NCBI GenBank assembly: GCA_001790855.1
Contig: MGDH01000018.1
Location: 14,207-78,206 of the forward strand
DNA: 64,000 bases
Direction: 5' to 3'
From: Candidatus Schekmanbacteria bacterium RIFCSPLOWO2_02_FULL_38_14
Lineage (GTDB): Bacteria; Schekmanbacteria; GWA2-38-11
Shown here piece after piece: positions 17,924 to 28,667 of the stretch; position 1 is the first letter of the stretch, and each line of letters begins with the position of its first letter. The translations under genes were made by a program, and so were the position numbers. The notes beneath the pieces are model-generated. The model searched no databases. It had not been told where the DNA came from and was given only the letters and a program-made list of their open reading frames with translations.

Positions 17924-18364
17924 TTACTTCTTTAATCTTTTGTACTTAATAACATCTCCAGATGGTGTACCGCCGATTGCATCTAAATACTGCATTTTAA
18001 TTCTGTTTTTCCCATTGCTTATAAGTGTTATTCTTACAAAATCACTTGGCGAACCAATTTGAGTGGCTCCTAAAATGGTAATATCAGCAGTTTTTTTGTT
18101 TTCGTTAACAGTTCCTGATGCATTTATTGTGGGAAGATCTACGCCATTATAATTTGTGTCTACTGTTCCTGAAATGTTATTTCCTTCCATTTTCAGAATG
18201 TAAACTATAATAATAGGCACTTGTTGATACTCAATGCTTGCTTCAAATTTTCCTGCAAAAGGTTTTTTTGGTTTGAATTTAAAATTTCCTCCTGCAAAGG
18301 CACTGCTGCAAACCAGAAACATTGGGATAAGAAAGATTAAGATTAGTAAACGCGACTTTTTCAT
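17924..18364 (-). CDS. secreted hypothetical protein (signal peptide)
   Basis: N-terminal signal MKKSRLLILIFLIPMFLVCSSAFAGG; no recognisable domain. Confidence 0.4.
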   Translation of the reverse strand: MKKSRLLILIFLIPMFLVCSSAFAGGNFKFKPKKPFAGKFEASIEYQQVPIIIVYILKMEGNNISGTVDTNYNGVDLPTINASGTVNENKKTADITILGATQIGSPSDFVRITLISNGKNRIKMQYLDAIGGTPSGDVIKYKRLKK

Positions 18365-18552
18365 TTTGAAAAACCTCCTTCTAAAAAGATTGTTGTAGAA
18401 TATTATGCAAAAATTATGCCAGAGTAATCTTGGAAATATTTAAGTTGCTAACTTCTTGAAAAAATAGAGTATGATCTCTTAAAACATTTCAATTGAGAAA
18501 ATAACTGAGATTGTAATGGTACAAAAATGAACATATCCGTTATATAACTAAC

Positions 18553-19857
18553 TTAAAATTTGTAACCAACACTCATTGAAACTATATTTGCATAGCTGTT
18601 GTATTTTGCATTGAACCTGAACATGTTATTGAATCCGACCCTTGCAGTCCGGGTTGAGGCTTCTTCAAAGAAGATAGCCATATTGGAAATATCAAACTTC
18701 CATTTTCCAAGCTTGTAGCCGAGTCCAAGGGTTACAGCGTGTTTGTCAGCATCAGGTACCATCGGGTCAAGACGGTTGTTAGGAACAGTGCTTGGGTCAT
18801 AAGCGTAACCTCCCCTTAGTGCCAGATTATTGTTTAACCTGTATTCAAGTCCTGCCCTGTAGGTTACTGTATCCTTCCACTGCTGGGAAATCTTTACGTT
18901 TTTCATCCTTTTATTCCTGAACTGAATTCTAAGTGTATCACTCCGCGACCAGCCTCTCCAGTCAATGTCAAACTCAGCAGTAAGATTTTTAGAGATATTG
19001 TAGGATACGCCTGCTAAAAGCTGCGGAGGCATTGTTATCTTTGTTCTTGCCCTGCTGTTAAATAATGTTGCATTTATAAGAGCTACTGTTGGACTGTTTG
19101 CACTGTTAGCTTTATTGAACTCTGTCCTTCCTGAATATCTTATTCTTATTGGAGACCTGTAGGACAGACCGATTTTTAGATTATCAGTAACGCTGTATAA
19201 CCCTCCGGCATTTATTCCTGCGCCACCCCCATCCCCTTTAAGTTTTGAATGTCCTTCTATTCCGGTCAAAGTTCCTGGAGTAAAGCCGGGTATGCTGGCT
19301 GCGGCAAGATTTTCATAAACAAGCCTGCTGTTCAATACTACGTCTGAGTATACTCCAATACCTCCAACTCCAATTGATAGATTTTTTGTTGGTTGCCATG
19401 CGATGACAGGATTAAAGAAAAAGGTTTTGAGCATCGCGTAAGTAACAATGTGTCTTCCGGGCCAGCCACTCTGCCAGTCTGATGCAAGGCCAAATGGCTG
19501 GTAAAAACCAAAACCTGTTGCAAACTTGTCATTTATTTTTCCTGTTACATAGAAATAACTTGGAGTGTCTAACCTGTCTTTTGTTGAGCTTTTATCACCG
19601 CCTCCGGATTTATTGTATGTAGTTTTTACAGTTACCAGATTAGTTCCCAAAGTCATATTGATTCCATCAAGCTGTGTGATTCCTGCCGGATTGTAGAATA
19701 TTGCAGATGGGTTGCTTGCCCTTGCAGCAAAGGCGCTTGCCCCACCCATTGCCTCTGCATCCTGCTCGCCAATAATAAAGCCATTGCCAAAGGAGGCAGA
19801 AGGGTGCAGAAATATAATGATTGCTAAAACAAAGAAACTTATCAGATATTTTTTCAT
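18553..19857 (-). CDS. outer-membrane transport protein, FadL/OmpP1/TodX family (hydrophobic-compound channel)
   Basis: Signal peptide; NPAGIT motif near N-terminus characteristic of FadL family; alternating beta-strand pattern; C-terminal aromatic residue (VGYKF). Confidence 0.7.
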   Translation of the reverse strand: MKKYLISFFVLAIIIFLHPSASFGNGFIIGEQDAEAMGGASAFAARASNPSAIFYNPAGITQLDGINMTLGTNLVTVKTTYNKSGGGDKSSTKDRLDTPSYFYVTGKINDKFATGFGFYQPFGLASDWQSGWPGRHIVTYAMLKTFFFNPVIAWQPTKNLSIGVGGIGVYSDVVLNSRLVYENLAAASIPGFTPGTLTGIEGHSKLKGDGGGAGINAGGLYSVTDNLKIGLSYRSPIRIRYSGRTEFNKANSANSPTVALINATLFNSRARTKITMPPQLLAGVSYNISKNLTAEFDIDWRGWSRSDTLRIQFRNKRMKNVKISQQWKDTVTYRAGLEYRLNNNLALRGGYAYDPSTVPNNRLDPMVPDADKHAVTLGLGYKLGKWKFDISNMAIFFEEASTRTARVGFNNMFRFNAKYNSYANIVSMSVGYKF

Positions 19858-20057
19858 GCTATTCCTTTCTTTTAGAATTCAAGTAAAGCAAACTTAATTC
19901 TTTATCTATGCAATTATTATGCCAACTCTTCCAATCCATTAAACTCTTGAAACCACAATAATAATACACTGTAAATTCTCATAGAGAAAGAAATATGTTA
20001 ATTTTATGTCGCTTTAATGTTCTTAGTGTACAGAAATGTAATGTTACTAATGATAGC

Positions 20058-23000
20058 TTAAAATGGCTGGATGATTTCCTTTTTCTTTTCCGCAAACCAT
20101 TTATATATGGTTGGCAGAACAAGCAATGTTAAAAGTGTTGATGATACCAGTCCGCCTACCACCACCGTTGCCAAAGGTCTCTGAATTTCAGAGCCTGGAC
20201 CTTGAGCAAAGAGCATGGGAATAAGTCCCATAATGGCTACAAAAGCTGTCATAAGCACAGGCCTTAAGCGTTTCTCACACCCTAAAGTTATAGCCTCTTC
20301 AATATTCAAACCTTCTTCCCTCAGCTTATTGATGTAAGAAACAAGGACTACGCCATTTAGAACTGCCACACCAAAAAGGGCAATGAAGCCAACTGATGCG
20401 GGGACACTTAAGTATTGTCCAGAAATAAAAAGACTTAGAATACCGCCTATCAGAGCAAGTGGGAGGTTTAAGATTATCAAAAGAGCGTATCTCATGGAGT
20501 TAAAAGTCGAGAATAGCAGAAAGAAGATAAGACCAATTGTCAGGGGAACAATAATCAAAAGCCTCTTCATAGCCCTCTGCTGATTTTCAAAAGTACCTCC
20601 CCATGTAATGTAATATTCAGGTGGAAGTTTTACCTGTTCTCTTATTTTCTCCTTTCCCTCCTGCACAAAACTCCCTATGTCTCTTCCTTCAACATTGCAT
20701 TCAATCACAACTCTCCTTTTGCTGTTTTCCCTACTTATTTGGACAGGACCTTCAGTAATTGAGATTTTGGCAAGCTGGGCAAGAGGAATATTAGCTCCAT
20801 TAGAAGCCTTCACCCCGTTAGAACGCCCCATCACTTGGGATGGGGATGAATCTAAAGCCCCGTCCTTTCTAACGGGGTTCACAAAAATATTACCAATCGC
20901 TTTAATGCTATTTCTTTTCTCTTCAGGAAACCTTAACACCACTGAAAACCTTTTATCTCCTTCAAAGACTTCTGTGGCAGCTTTTCCACCAATAGCAGTC
21001 TCAATTATTTCTTGAATATTTGCTACATTGATTCCATATCTTGCAATTTTCCTCCTATCTATATCTATTGTCAGGTAAGGCTGGCCAGCCACCTGTTCAA
21101 CTCTCAAGTCCCTAACTCCATCAACTTTAGCCATCACTCTTGCTATCTCCTCAGCTTTTTCTTTTAAAACTTCCATATCATCTCCAAAGAGTTTTATGGC
21201 AATCTGGGACTTTACTCCGGATATAAGCTCATCAACTCTCATTGCTATGGGCTGAGTGATATTAAGACCTATACCCGGAATCTTCTCAAGTTCTTCTCTA
21301 ATCTTTTCTATGAGTTCATTCTTAGTCCTTGCTGTTTTCCACTTCTCCCTTGGTTTAAGCCTTACAAAGGGGTCGCTCAAATTCGGCCCCATGGGGTCTG
21401 TGGCAATCTCAGGCGTTCCTATCCTTGATACAACTCCTTCAACTTCGGGAATATTGAGAAGCGCTTTCTGCACCTTTTTTTCTATCTCCACAGATTCTGT
21501 AAGAGAAATACTTGGAAGCCTTATAATCTGTGGCATGATAGTTCCTTCATCAAGGCTTGGTATGAATTCAGTGCCAAGAAAAGGGAATAGAGCAATGCTT
21601 CCTATCAGAAGAATCAAAGCAGCGGTTATAACCACCTTGGGATGTTTCATAACCCAACGGAGGAGAATAGTATAAGGTTTCTTTACCCAATGGATAATAA
21701 AACTTTCCTTCTCCTTCCCCGGTTTTAAGAATAAAAAACAGAGAACCGGTATTACAAAGATAGAAAGGATGAGGGATGAGAGAATAGCTATGACTACTGT
21801 AAAGGCTAAGGGTGAAAATATCTTTCCCTCCATTCCCTGAAGTGTCATGATGGGGATAAAGGTTAAGGCTATTATAAGTTCCCCAAAAAAACTGGGTTTC
21901 CTCACTTCAATCACAGCATTTAAAACTGTATGCAACTTATGTTTTGATGCCCCGGTTTCTGACAAATGCCTGTGGACATTTTCCACCTGGATGATGGCTG
22001 CATCCGCAATCATGCCTAAGGATATGGCAAGGCCTCCTAAAGACATAAGGTTTGCAGAAAGACCGAGCCTCTCCATTACGATAAAGGTTGCAAGAGTTGC
22101 AAGGGGCAAACTTAAGGCCACAACAAAGGCACCTCTTATGTCTCTCAAGAAGAGATATAGAACTATGATAATGAGAATACCACCCTCCTCAATGGCCCTT
22201 GTTACGGTTCCAATACATTTTTCAACAAGCTCAGTCCTGTCATAATAAGGCTTAATCTTTATCCCTCTCGGAAGAATACTGCTCTCATTTATTTCCTTTA
22301 CCTTTTCCTTAACCTTCGCTACTACATCCCTGCCGCTTCCTCCCTTTATCATCATGACAATCCCAGCAACAACCTCTCCCTTACCATCCTTCACAGTAGC
22401 ACCCTGCCTCGTCTCTGGACCAATCTTTACTTCAGCTACATCCTTAACAAAAATAGGTGTTCCTGCTTCTTCCCTGACAATGATATTTTCAATATCCTGA
22501 ATAGATTTGATAAGGCCAAAACCTTGAACTATATATCGCTCTGATGAGTGCTCGAGAATATTGCCTGCTGCATTTGTATTATTTTGAAGGACGGACTCAA
22601 AAATTTCCCTCAAGCTCAAGTCATATTTTCTCAGTTTGTCTGGATGGACAAGCACCTGATACTGCTTAACAAATCCTCCAAAAGCATTGACCTCTACAAC
22701 TTCTGGGATGGTTTTTAAGATGGGTCTTATAACCCAATCTTGAAGAGTTCTTAATCCCATAAGATCTTTTTCTGTGAAGTTGGGATTGCCTTCCTTTTCA
22801 AAGGTATACTGATAAATTTCTCCAAGAGCTGTCGATATTGGACCTAAGCTTGCCTCTATACCTTCAGGTAACTTCTCCTTAGCTTCAATTAATCTCTCAA
22901 GAACCAACTGCCTTGCAAAATAAATATCTACATCATCTTCAAAAACAATTGTTACGAGAGAGAGCCCGAATTTTGATAGGGAGCGAAGTTCGACAAGTCT

Positions 23001-23231
23001 TGGAAGTCCGCTCATTTGAACTTCTATAGGGAATGTTACAAATTTTTCAACTTCAATGGGAGAACGACCAGGAGATTCTGCTATGACCACAACCTGGATA
23101 TTTGTCACATCTGGGAAGGCATCAATGGGAAGCCTTTGGAAAGAATATATTCCAAAAACGGCTAACAAGATGACTCCGATTATTATAAGAAGCCTTTGCT
23201 CAAGGGCAAAAATGATTAACTTTTCAATCAT
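20058..23231 (-). CDS. czcA: heavy-metal efflux RND transporter, CzcA/CusA family
   Basis: 1057 aa, 12-TM RND architecture; N-terminus LPIDAFPDVTNIQVVVIAESPGRSPIEVEKFVTFPIE typical of HME-RND pumps. Confidence 0.85.
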   Translation of the reverse strand: MIEKLIIFALEQRLLIIIGVILLAVFGIYSFQRLPIDAFPDVTNIQVVVIAESPGRSPIEVEKFVTFPIEVQMSGLPRLVELRSLSKFGLSLVTIVFEDDVDIYFARQLVLERLIEAKEKLPEGIEASLGPISTALGEIYQYTFEKEGNPNFTEKDLMGLRTLQDWVIRPILKTIPEVVEVNAFGGFVKQYQVLVHPDKLRKYDLSLREIFESVLQNNTNAAGNILEHSSERYIVQGFGLIKSIQDIENIIVREEAGTPIFVKDVAEVKIGPETRQGATVKDGKGEVVAGIVMMIKGGSGRDVVAKVKEKVKEINESSILPRGIKIKPYYDRTELVEKCIGTVTRAIEEGGILIIIVLYLFLRDIRGAFVVALSLPLATLATFIVMERLGLSANLMSLGGLAISLGMIADAAIIQVENVHRHLSETGASKHKLHTVLNAVIEVRKPSFFGELIIALTFIPIMTLQGMEGKIFSPLAFTVVIAILSSLILSIFVIPVLCFLFLKPGKEKESFIIHWVKKPYTILLRWVMKHPKVVITAALILLIGSIALFPFLGTEFIPSLDEGTIMPQIIRLPSISLTESVEIEKKVQKALLNIPEVEGVVSRIGTPEIATDPMGPNLSDPFVRLKPREKWKTARTKNELIEKIREELEKIPGIGLNITQPIAMRVDELISGVKSQIAIKLFGDDMEVLKEKAEEIARVMAKVDGVRDLRVEQVAGQPYLTIDIDRRKIARYGINVANIQEIIETAIGGKAATEVFEGDKRFSVVLRFPEEKRNSIKAIGNIFVNPVRKDGALDSSPSQVMGRSNGVKASNGANIPLAQLAKISITEGPVQISRENSKRRVVIECNVEGRDIGSFVQEGKEKIREQVKLPPEYYITWGGTFENQQRAMKRLLIIVPLTIGLIFFLLFSTFNSMRYALLIILNLPLALIGGILSLFISGQYLSVPASVGFIALFGVAVLNGVVLVSYINKLREEGLNIEEAITLGCEKRLRPVLMTAFVAIMGLIPMLFAQGPGSEIQRPLATVVVGGLVSSTLLTLLVLPTIYKWFAEKKKEIIQPF

Positions 23232-23232
23232 C

Positions 23233-24474
23233 TTATTCTTCCTCCAATTCCGCTTTGAGAAGTTCTGATTTTAGATAAAAAGCTCCATCAGTGACCACAC
23301 TATCTCCGGCTTTAAGCCCTTTTAGAACTTGATAAAAACCATTTATTTCTTCTCCTACTTCTATTTCTCTTTTTTCAAAGGTATTGTTGCTCTTTGCAAT
23401 AAAGATAATTTTCTTTCCATCCTCCATCTGAATTGCTTTTTCAGACACAACCAACAACTCTGGGGACGATTTAGTTATAATCTGTACATCAGCAAACATT
23501 TCGGGTTTCAGAATCCCCCCATTCCCCCCTTTAAAATCCCCCTCAGCCCCCCTTTTCCAAAGGGGGGTGTGGGGGGATTCAGGGGGATTATCAATCTCAA
23601 TCCTTACTTTTGCCATACGGGTTGAAGCATCTACAATATCACTAATATAAGTGACTTTTCCTTTAAACTCTTCTTTAGGATAAGTTGAGACTTTAATATT
23701 TGCTTCCAACCCCTTTTCAACTGATGATATATCCTTCTCAGGAACATCAGCTATAACCCATAATCTTGATAAATCTATAATAGTAAAAAGCTGACTTGAA
23801 GACTCAATTACTTCTCCTAAAGTCAAGTTCCTTTCAACCACTGTTCCAGAAAACGGAGATCTTATTGACATTTGAGGATTGATTATGTGGGTTGAGGTCA
23901 ATCTTTCTATATCTTTATCACTTATTCCAAAAAGGTATAATTTCTCTTTAGAGGCTTGAAACTCTGCTTTGACATTTAAATACTCTGCCTCTCTCCGTTG
24001 AAACTCACCAAGTCCGATTGCTTTACCGTCAAAAAGCCTTTTTGCACGCTCATACCCCTTTTCAGCTACCCTCAAATTCGCTTCAAGTTTTAGAAAATTT
24101 GACTCTGCTTCTCCAAGTTCAGGACTGTCTATTGTGGCAAGGGCTTCACCTTTTTTAACCTCGTCACCAAGATTTACTTTTATCTCAATAACCCTTCCAG
24201 GTATTCTGCTTCCTATACGGGCAACTCTGTTTTCATCAGGCATTATTTTGCCAGGAAAATTATGAGAAAGGCTTAGTTTTTTTAATGTTACCTCTTCAAC
24301 TTTTATCCCTGCTATTTTTATAGAGGAAGGATCAAAATGAACTATATTTAGATTGGTATCTTGCTTGGTTACATTTTCTTTGTTCTCTTTTTTTGGAGAA
24401 CATGCGTTGAAAGTAAAAACACCAATTTGTAAAATTAAAATCATTAAAAGTAAATTAATCAGATTTTTTTTCAT
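23233..24474 (-). CDS. czcB: RND efflux membrane fusion protein (CzcB/HlyD family), with in-frame repeat insertion
   Basis: Lipoprotein-like N-terminus, coiled-coil hairpin, beta-barrel motif ...IEIDNP[insert]LKPEMFADVQI; family-B repeat at 23506-23583 encodes NPPESPHTPLWKRGAEGDFKGGNGGI in-frame. Confidence 0.8.
   Translation of the reverse strand: MKKNLINLLLMILILQIGVFTFNACSPKKENKENVTKQDTNLNIVHFDPSSIKIAGIKVEEVTLKKLSLSHNFPGKIMPDENRVARIGSRIPGRVIEIKVNLGDEVKKGEALATIDSPELGEAESNFLKLEANLRVAEKGYERAKRLFDGKAIGLGEFQRREAEYLNVKAEFQASKEKLYLFGISDKDIERLTSTHIINPQMSIRSPFSGTVVERNLTLGEVIESSSQLFTIIDLSRLWVIADVPEKDISSVEKGLEANIKVSTYPKEEFKGKVTYISDIVDASTRMAKVRIEIDNPPESPHTPLWKRGAEGDFKGGNGGILKPEMFADVQIITKSSPELLVVSEKAIQMEDGKKIIFIAKSNNTFEKREIEVGEEINGFYQVLKGLKAGDSVVTDGAFYLKSELLKAELEEE
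23506..23583. repeat. tandem family-B palindromic element embedded in-frame in czcB
   Basis: aatccccccattcccccctttaaaatccccctcagccccccttttccaaaggggggtgtggggggattc; hand translation of the reverse strand matches the ORF-track protein. Confidence 0.7.
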
Positions 24475-25712
24475 CTCAACTCTCCTCCAGCAAGTCTTTC
24501 CAAACGTGCTTTGCTTGAATTTCCCTCGAAGAGGGTCTGGTAATATTCAAAAGATACCTGCCTGTAAACTCGTTGGGCATCTAAGAAATCAATCAAACCG
24601 GATTCCCCTTCCACATATCTTAATTTTGCAATTCTCAAAGCCTCTTCCGCTTGTTTGAGAAGCCCTTTTTCAAAGATTTCTATCTGTTCAGAGGATATTT
24701 GATAGTTTTTAAGTTCTTCTGTGATAAGCCTTGAAAGCTCAATTTTAATTTGATTTAATTCCTCTTGTGCTTTTCTTTCCTCTGCAGAAGCTCTTGCTAT
24801 TGCTCCCTGATTTCTATTCCAGAGAGGAAGTGGTAGTGAGAAGCCAAAACCAAAAGACCTTTTATCTATTTCTCTTGCAAAAATAGTTTTTAGGGAAATG
24901 TCAGGAAAACGGTTATTCTTTTGAAAAGAAATATTATATTGCTGTTTCTGTAAGCCACTCTCCTTCTGGAGTAACAAAGGTTGTTTTTTATATGCAATGT
25001 TCAGAAGTGGATTAATTTCATATATTTCATAAGGTGCTTTTAGTTCACCTGAAACATCAAAGCCTTCTGGAAGAAATTTTCCTAAGAGGCTATTTAAATT
25101 TGATTTTGCAATAATAATTTTATTCTCTGCTTTCTTTAACTCTTTCTCAGCACGCAGAACTTCAACTTGGGCTTTTATCAATTCAAACTCTGGTGCCTCA
25201 CCTGACTCAACCCTTACCTTTACAGAAGTCAAAATTTTCTCTGAATCTGAAAGGTTTTCTTTTGTTAAAGTAAGCTCTTTTTCAAGTTTTAAAATTTCAT
25301 AGAAAGATGTTTTAACTTGAGAGGTCAAATCTAATTTGAACTCTTCCAGTTCAAGGGTTGCTATATCTACATCTTTTCCTGCAACTTTTTTTCTATAAAA
25401 CCTTTTTAAAGGCCATTCAAAGGGCTGGCTTAAGGTGAAGTTGTACTCCTTTCCTCTCTTACTTTCTCCTCCAAGTGCCCTTCCTCGCAAACCCTCTCCC
25501 TCTATTTCAGGATTTGGATATAGAGAGGCTTGAATTAAATCGCCCTGACTTGCGTCTACTCCTGCTTTAAAGGCTTTTAGCTGAGGATTTTCTTTAATGG
25601 CTATTTCAATCACTTCTTCAATGGGATAAAAATGGCTTTCTTCAAATGCATGAAGAAGGAAATTAAAAAGAGAAATTAAAACAACAAAGGTAATGATTAA
25701 AAAATTTTTCAC
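24471..25712 (-). CDS. czcC: outer-membrane efflux protein (TolC/CzcC family)
   Basis: Signal peptide, two-repeat OEP architecture, 4-nt overlap with czcB giving a czcCBA operon. Confidence 0.75.
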   Translation of the reverse strand: MKNFLIITFVVLISLFNFLLHAFEESHFYPIEEVIEIAIKENPQLKAFKAGVDASQGDLIQASLYPNPEIEGEGLRGRALGGESKRGKEYNFTLSQPFEWPLKRFYRKKVAGKDVDIATLELEEFKLDLTSQVKTSFYEILKLEKELTLTKENLSDSEKILTSVKVRVESGEAPEFELIKAQVEVLRAEKELKKAENKIIIAKSNLNSLLGKFLPEGFDVSGELKAPYEIYEINPLLNIAYKKQPLLLQKESGLQKQQYNISFQKNNRFPDISLKTIFAREIDKRSFGFGFSLPLPLWNRNQGAIARASAEERKAQEELNQIKIELSRLITEELKNYQISSEQIEIFEKGLLKQAEEALRIAKLRYVEGESGLIDFLDAQRVYRQVSFEYYQTLFEGNSSKARLERLAGGELR

Positions 25713-26316
25713 ACCTATTCCTTTCGCTACGAAAAATTAAAAGAAATTATTTGAAATTAAAAAATAGAATAGAAATTTAGAATTTTGGAGGTCTGTAAAG
25801 TAGATTGATTGAAATTGAAGGGATGAAGATGCAGTAGTAAATCGTAATTAATGAAATAAACAAATACAAGACAATTCCATTAGATAAAGGGATAAAACTT
25901 AAATTCAAACAGAAAGAACAGATATGGGAGTTAATATCAATTCCATATGGGCTTCCACATTCATCGCACAGAAAAAAGTCCACACAATATGCAAATAGAT
26001 ATAGAACTAGAAAAATTATTATCACTAAAAAATAAATCTTTTTCATATTGCTTTTTATAAATTATTAATTTTCTTTTTTGTCAAGACAAAAAATTGTGAG
26101 TGTAGTAAAATATTGCTTATGAAAGTCAATTCCTATATACTTCATTTGTACATCTCCTTTATTGTTTTTAATCAAGCAGTAGTTTATTCCATCTACTACT
26201 TCGAGGATCACAACTTTTTTATGTTATCATTGCGAGCTATGAGCTTGCCGCGTTGCTACTTTTCCCGCAACGACTAAGAGTAGTTTTTTCAGAGACTAAT
26301 ATATAAGGCATTAACA

Positions 26317-26880
26317 TTGAAGAAGCAGTCATGGAATGAAAAATATAGTGAAGATGAATATGCGTTAGGAATTGAGCCTGCGGAATTTCTTGTTGAGCAT
26401 ATTGGAAGGCTTACAAAAGGAAAAGCACTTGATATTGCAATGGGCGAGGGGAGGAATGCAGTTTATTTAACAAAGAAGGGTTATGAGGTAGACGGTGTTG
26501 AATTTTCAGAGGAGGGGATAAAAAAGGCATTAGCCCTTGCCCAAAAAAACAATGTTACTATCAATGCTATAAGGGCTGACCTTGAAAAACACGAGCATAG
26601 AATAGAAAAAGAGAAATATGATTTAATCTCCTGCTTTTATTATTTGCAGAGAGACTTGTTTCCGGAGATTAAGGAAGGATTAAAAAAAGGAGGGATGGTA
26701 ATCTGCCAGACCTTTACAACAGACAACCTGAAATACCAGCCCCACCCCAAAAACCCTGACCATGTATTGCAGCCAAATGAGCTTTTCAGGTATTTTCTTG
26801 ATTTGAGAATTATTTTTTACAGGGAATGTGTTTTGAATAACGAGACTGCTGTTGCAAGCATTATTGCGCAGAAGATATAG
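26317..26880 (+). CDS. class I SAM-dependent methyltransferase (TehB/TPMT-like)
   Basis: Motif I LDIAMGEGRNAVYL, acidic residue after beta-2 (VDGVEFSE); 187 aa. Confidence 0.6.
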   Translation: MKKQSWNEKYSEDEYALGIEPAEFLVEHIGRLTKGKALDIAMGEGRNAVYLTKKGYEVDGVEFSEEGIKKALALAQKNNVTINAIRADLEKHEHRIEKEKYDLISCFYYLQRDLFPEIKEGLKKGGMVICQTFTTDNLKYQPHPKNPDHVLQPNELFRYFLDLRIIFYRECVLNNETAVASIIAQKI

Positions 26881-26918
26881 TAAAAAGGTCTTAGGGTCAA
26901 GGGTCAAGGATGAAAAAT

Positions 26919-26966
26919 TAAATCCCTCCAGCCCCCCTTTGATAAAGGGGGGTAAGGGGGGATTTT
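26919..26966. repeat. family-B palindromic element (intergenic)
   Basis: aaatccctccagccccctttgataaaggggggtaaggggggattttt. Confidence 0.6.
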
Positions 26967-26993
26967 TCATAAAAGTAAAAGAGGTAAATTAAA

Positions 26994-27638
26994 ATGCAGA
27001 ATCTGAAATACTTAATAATTGATCTTGATAACACTATTTATCCTGAATCAGCAGGTGTGTTCAAGAAAGTTGACCAGAAGATAAATCGCTATCTTGAGGA
27101 AAAAATGGGGTTTTCAAGAGAAGAGGTTAATCCGCTGAGGCTTAGATATTATAAAGAATACGGCACAACACTCAGAGGACTTATGATTAACTATAAAATT
27201 GCTCCTGAAGACTATCTTGAATATGTACACAATATCAATATGAAAGAGCTTCTTTCAAAGGATACAAAACTTGATAAGGTATTGAAAGGCATTTCCATAG
27301 AAAAAGTTATTTTTACAAATGCCTCTAAGGCTCATGCTGAAAATGTTCTTAATACACTGGAAATCACGGATAATTTTGTTCGTATATTTGATATTGTTGC
27401 TATGGATTATCTGGCAAAACCTCACCCCGTAACATATGAAAAACTTCTAAATACGCTTGGGGTAAAAGGGGAAAGGTGTCTTTATTCTGATGATATTGAA
27501 ATAAACTTACAGCCGGCAAAAGAACTTGGCATGAAAACGGTTTTTGTCAGCAACAACGGATATGAGAAAAAGCCTTTTGTTGATTTTGTGATAAAAGAGA
27601 TTAGCGAGATTGGAAAGTTTTTTAGCTGTAAGCTATAA
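26994..27638 (+). CDS. HAD-superfamily hydrolase (pyrimidine 5'-nucleotidase-like)
   Basis: HAD motif I IIDLDNTIY at N-terminus; motif IV region SDD. Confidence 0.65.
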   Translation: MQNLKYLIIDLDNTIYPESAGVFKKVDQKINRYLEEKMGFSREEVNPLRLRYYKEYGTTLRGLMINYKIAPEDYLEYVHNINMKELLSKDTKLDKVLKGISIEKVIFTNASKAHAENVLNTLEITDNFVRIFDIVAMDYLAKPHPVTYEKLLNTLGVKGERCLYSDDIEINLQPAKELGMKTVFVSNNGYEKKPFVDFVIKEISEIGKFFSCKL

Positions 27639-28124
27639 GCTCTCTAATCCCTCAAACATCTTTTTGAGTGTCTTATATGTCTTGCTTATATGTTCAGGAA
27701 TGACTCTTACATCAGCAAGAACAGGCATAAAGTTAGTGTCGCCTTCCCATCTTGGTACTATATGGAGATGGACATGGTCTTTGATTCCGGCTCCTGCAAC
27801 TTTGCCAAGGTTTATTCCGACATTGAATCCATCAGGCTTAAAGGTTTTTTCAAGAATCTTTAAGCAGACTTGCATTGTTTCAAATATCTCCAGGCTTTCT
27901 TCCTTATTTGCTTCAGTAACATTACCAAAGTGTCTGTATGGGGCAATCATAATATGACCGTTGTTATATGGATAGAGATTCATGATTGCAAAACAGAGGT
28001 TTTTCCTCAGAAGAATCAGATTGTTTTCATCTTTATTTTCTTTTGATTTGTTGCAGAAAATGCATCCATTTTCTTTATTGTTCAGGATATAATCCATTCT
28101 CCACGGCGCCCATATGTTCTCCAA
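27633..28124 (-). CDS. HIT-family hydrolase
   Basis: Histidine-triad motif DHVHLHIVPRW; N-terminal Cys pair (CIFC). Confidence 0.75.
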   Translation of the reverse strand: MENIWAPWRMDYILNNKENGCIFCNKSKENKDENNLILLRKNLCFAIMNLYPYNNGHIMIAPYRHFGNVTEANKEESLEIFETMQVCLKILEKTFKPDGFNVGINLGKVAGAGIKDHVHLHIVPRWEGDTNFMPVLADVRVIPEHISKTYKTLKKMFEGLESL

Positions 28125-28176
28125 TACCAGTCTCCTTTTTTCTGAAAATTCTAAATTCTAATTTGGATTTAGAATT

Positions 28177-28626
28177 TTAATTTTTATGTTTATAATATTT
28201 CTCCATAAGCTCTTTCTGGAGGGAGTTCATTTTTTCTTCATCTTTCTTGTTATGATGGTCATAACCTAAAAGGTGAAGAACCCCATGGGTCAGCAGAAGC
28301 GTTACTTCTTTTTCAAGTGAATTCTTAAAGATTTTTGACTGAAGTTTAGCCATTTCCAAAGAGATTGCTATATCTCCCATTTCTTTTTCATTGCCTTCCT
28401 TTAGCTCTTTTTCCTGGTCTGCAGTAAATGCCAAAATATCAGTAGCACGGTTTATCTTGCGGTATCTTAGATTTAATTCTTTGATATATTCATTATTTAC
28501 AAGAACAATATTGAGGCTTGCCTTTTTTTCTCCAAGCTCGGCAAGAATATCATTTAAATGTTTTTTTAGTTTATTTGTATCTATTTTAAGATCAGTCTTG
28601 GAAATATTCTGGATGGTAATTTTCAT
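28177..28626 (-). CDS. ybeY: rRNA maturation endoribonuclease YbeY
   Basis: HGVLHLLGYDH zinc-binding motif; 149 aa; downstream of phoH as in many bacteria. Confidence 0.85.
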   Translation of the reverse strand: MKITIQNISKTDLKIDTNKLKKHLNDILAELGEKKASLNIVLVNNEYIKELNLRYRKINRATDILAFTADQEKELKEGNEKEMGDIAISLEMAKLQSKIFKNSLEKEVTLLLTHGVLHLLGYDHHNKKDEEKMNSLQKELMEKYYKHKN

Positions 28627-28667
28627 TTGGGTAATTCAAAATCCTATTCTTAACAGCCCATCAAACC

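Noticed and set aside
25777-26046. 89-aa Cys-rich hydrophobic ORF upstream of czcC
   Set aside because: It is low-complexity and AT-rich, with no RBS or motif. It is possibly a small membrane protein but cannot be supported from sequence alone.
26680-26970. 96-aa minus-strand ORF (MKNPPLPPFIKGGLEGF...)
   Set aside because: It begins inside a family-B repeat and overlaps the 3' end of the methyltransferase gene on the opposite strand. It is repeat-derived.
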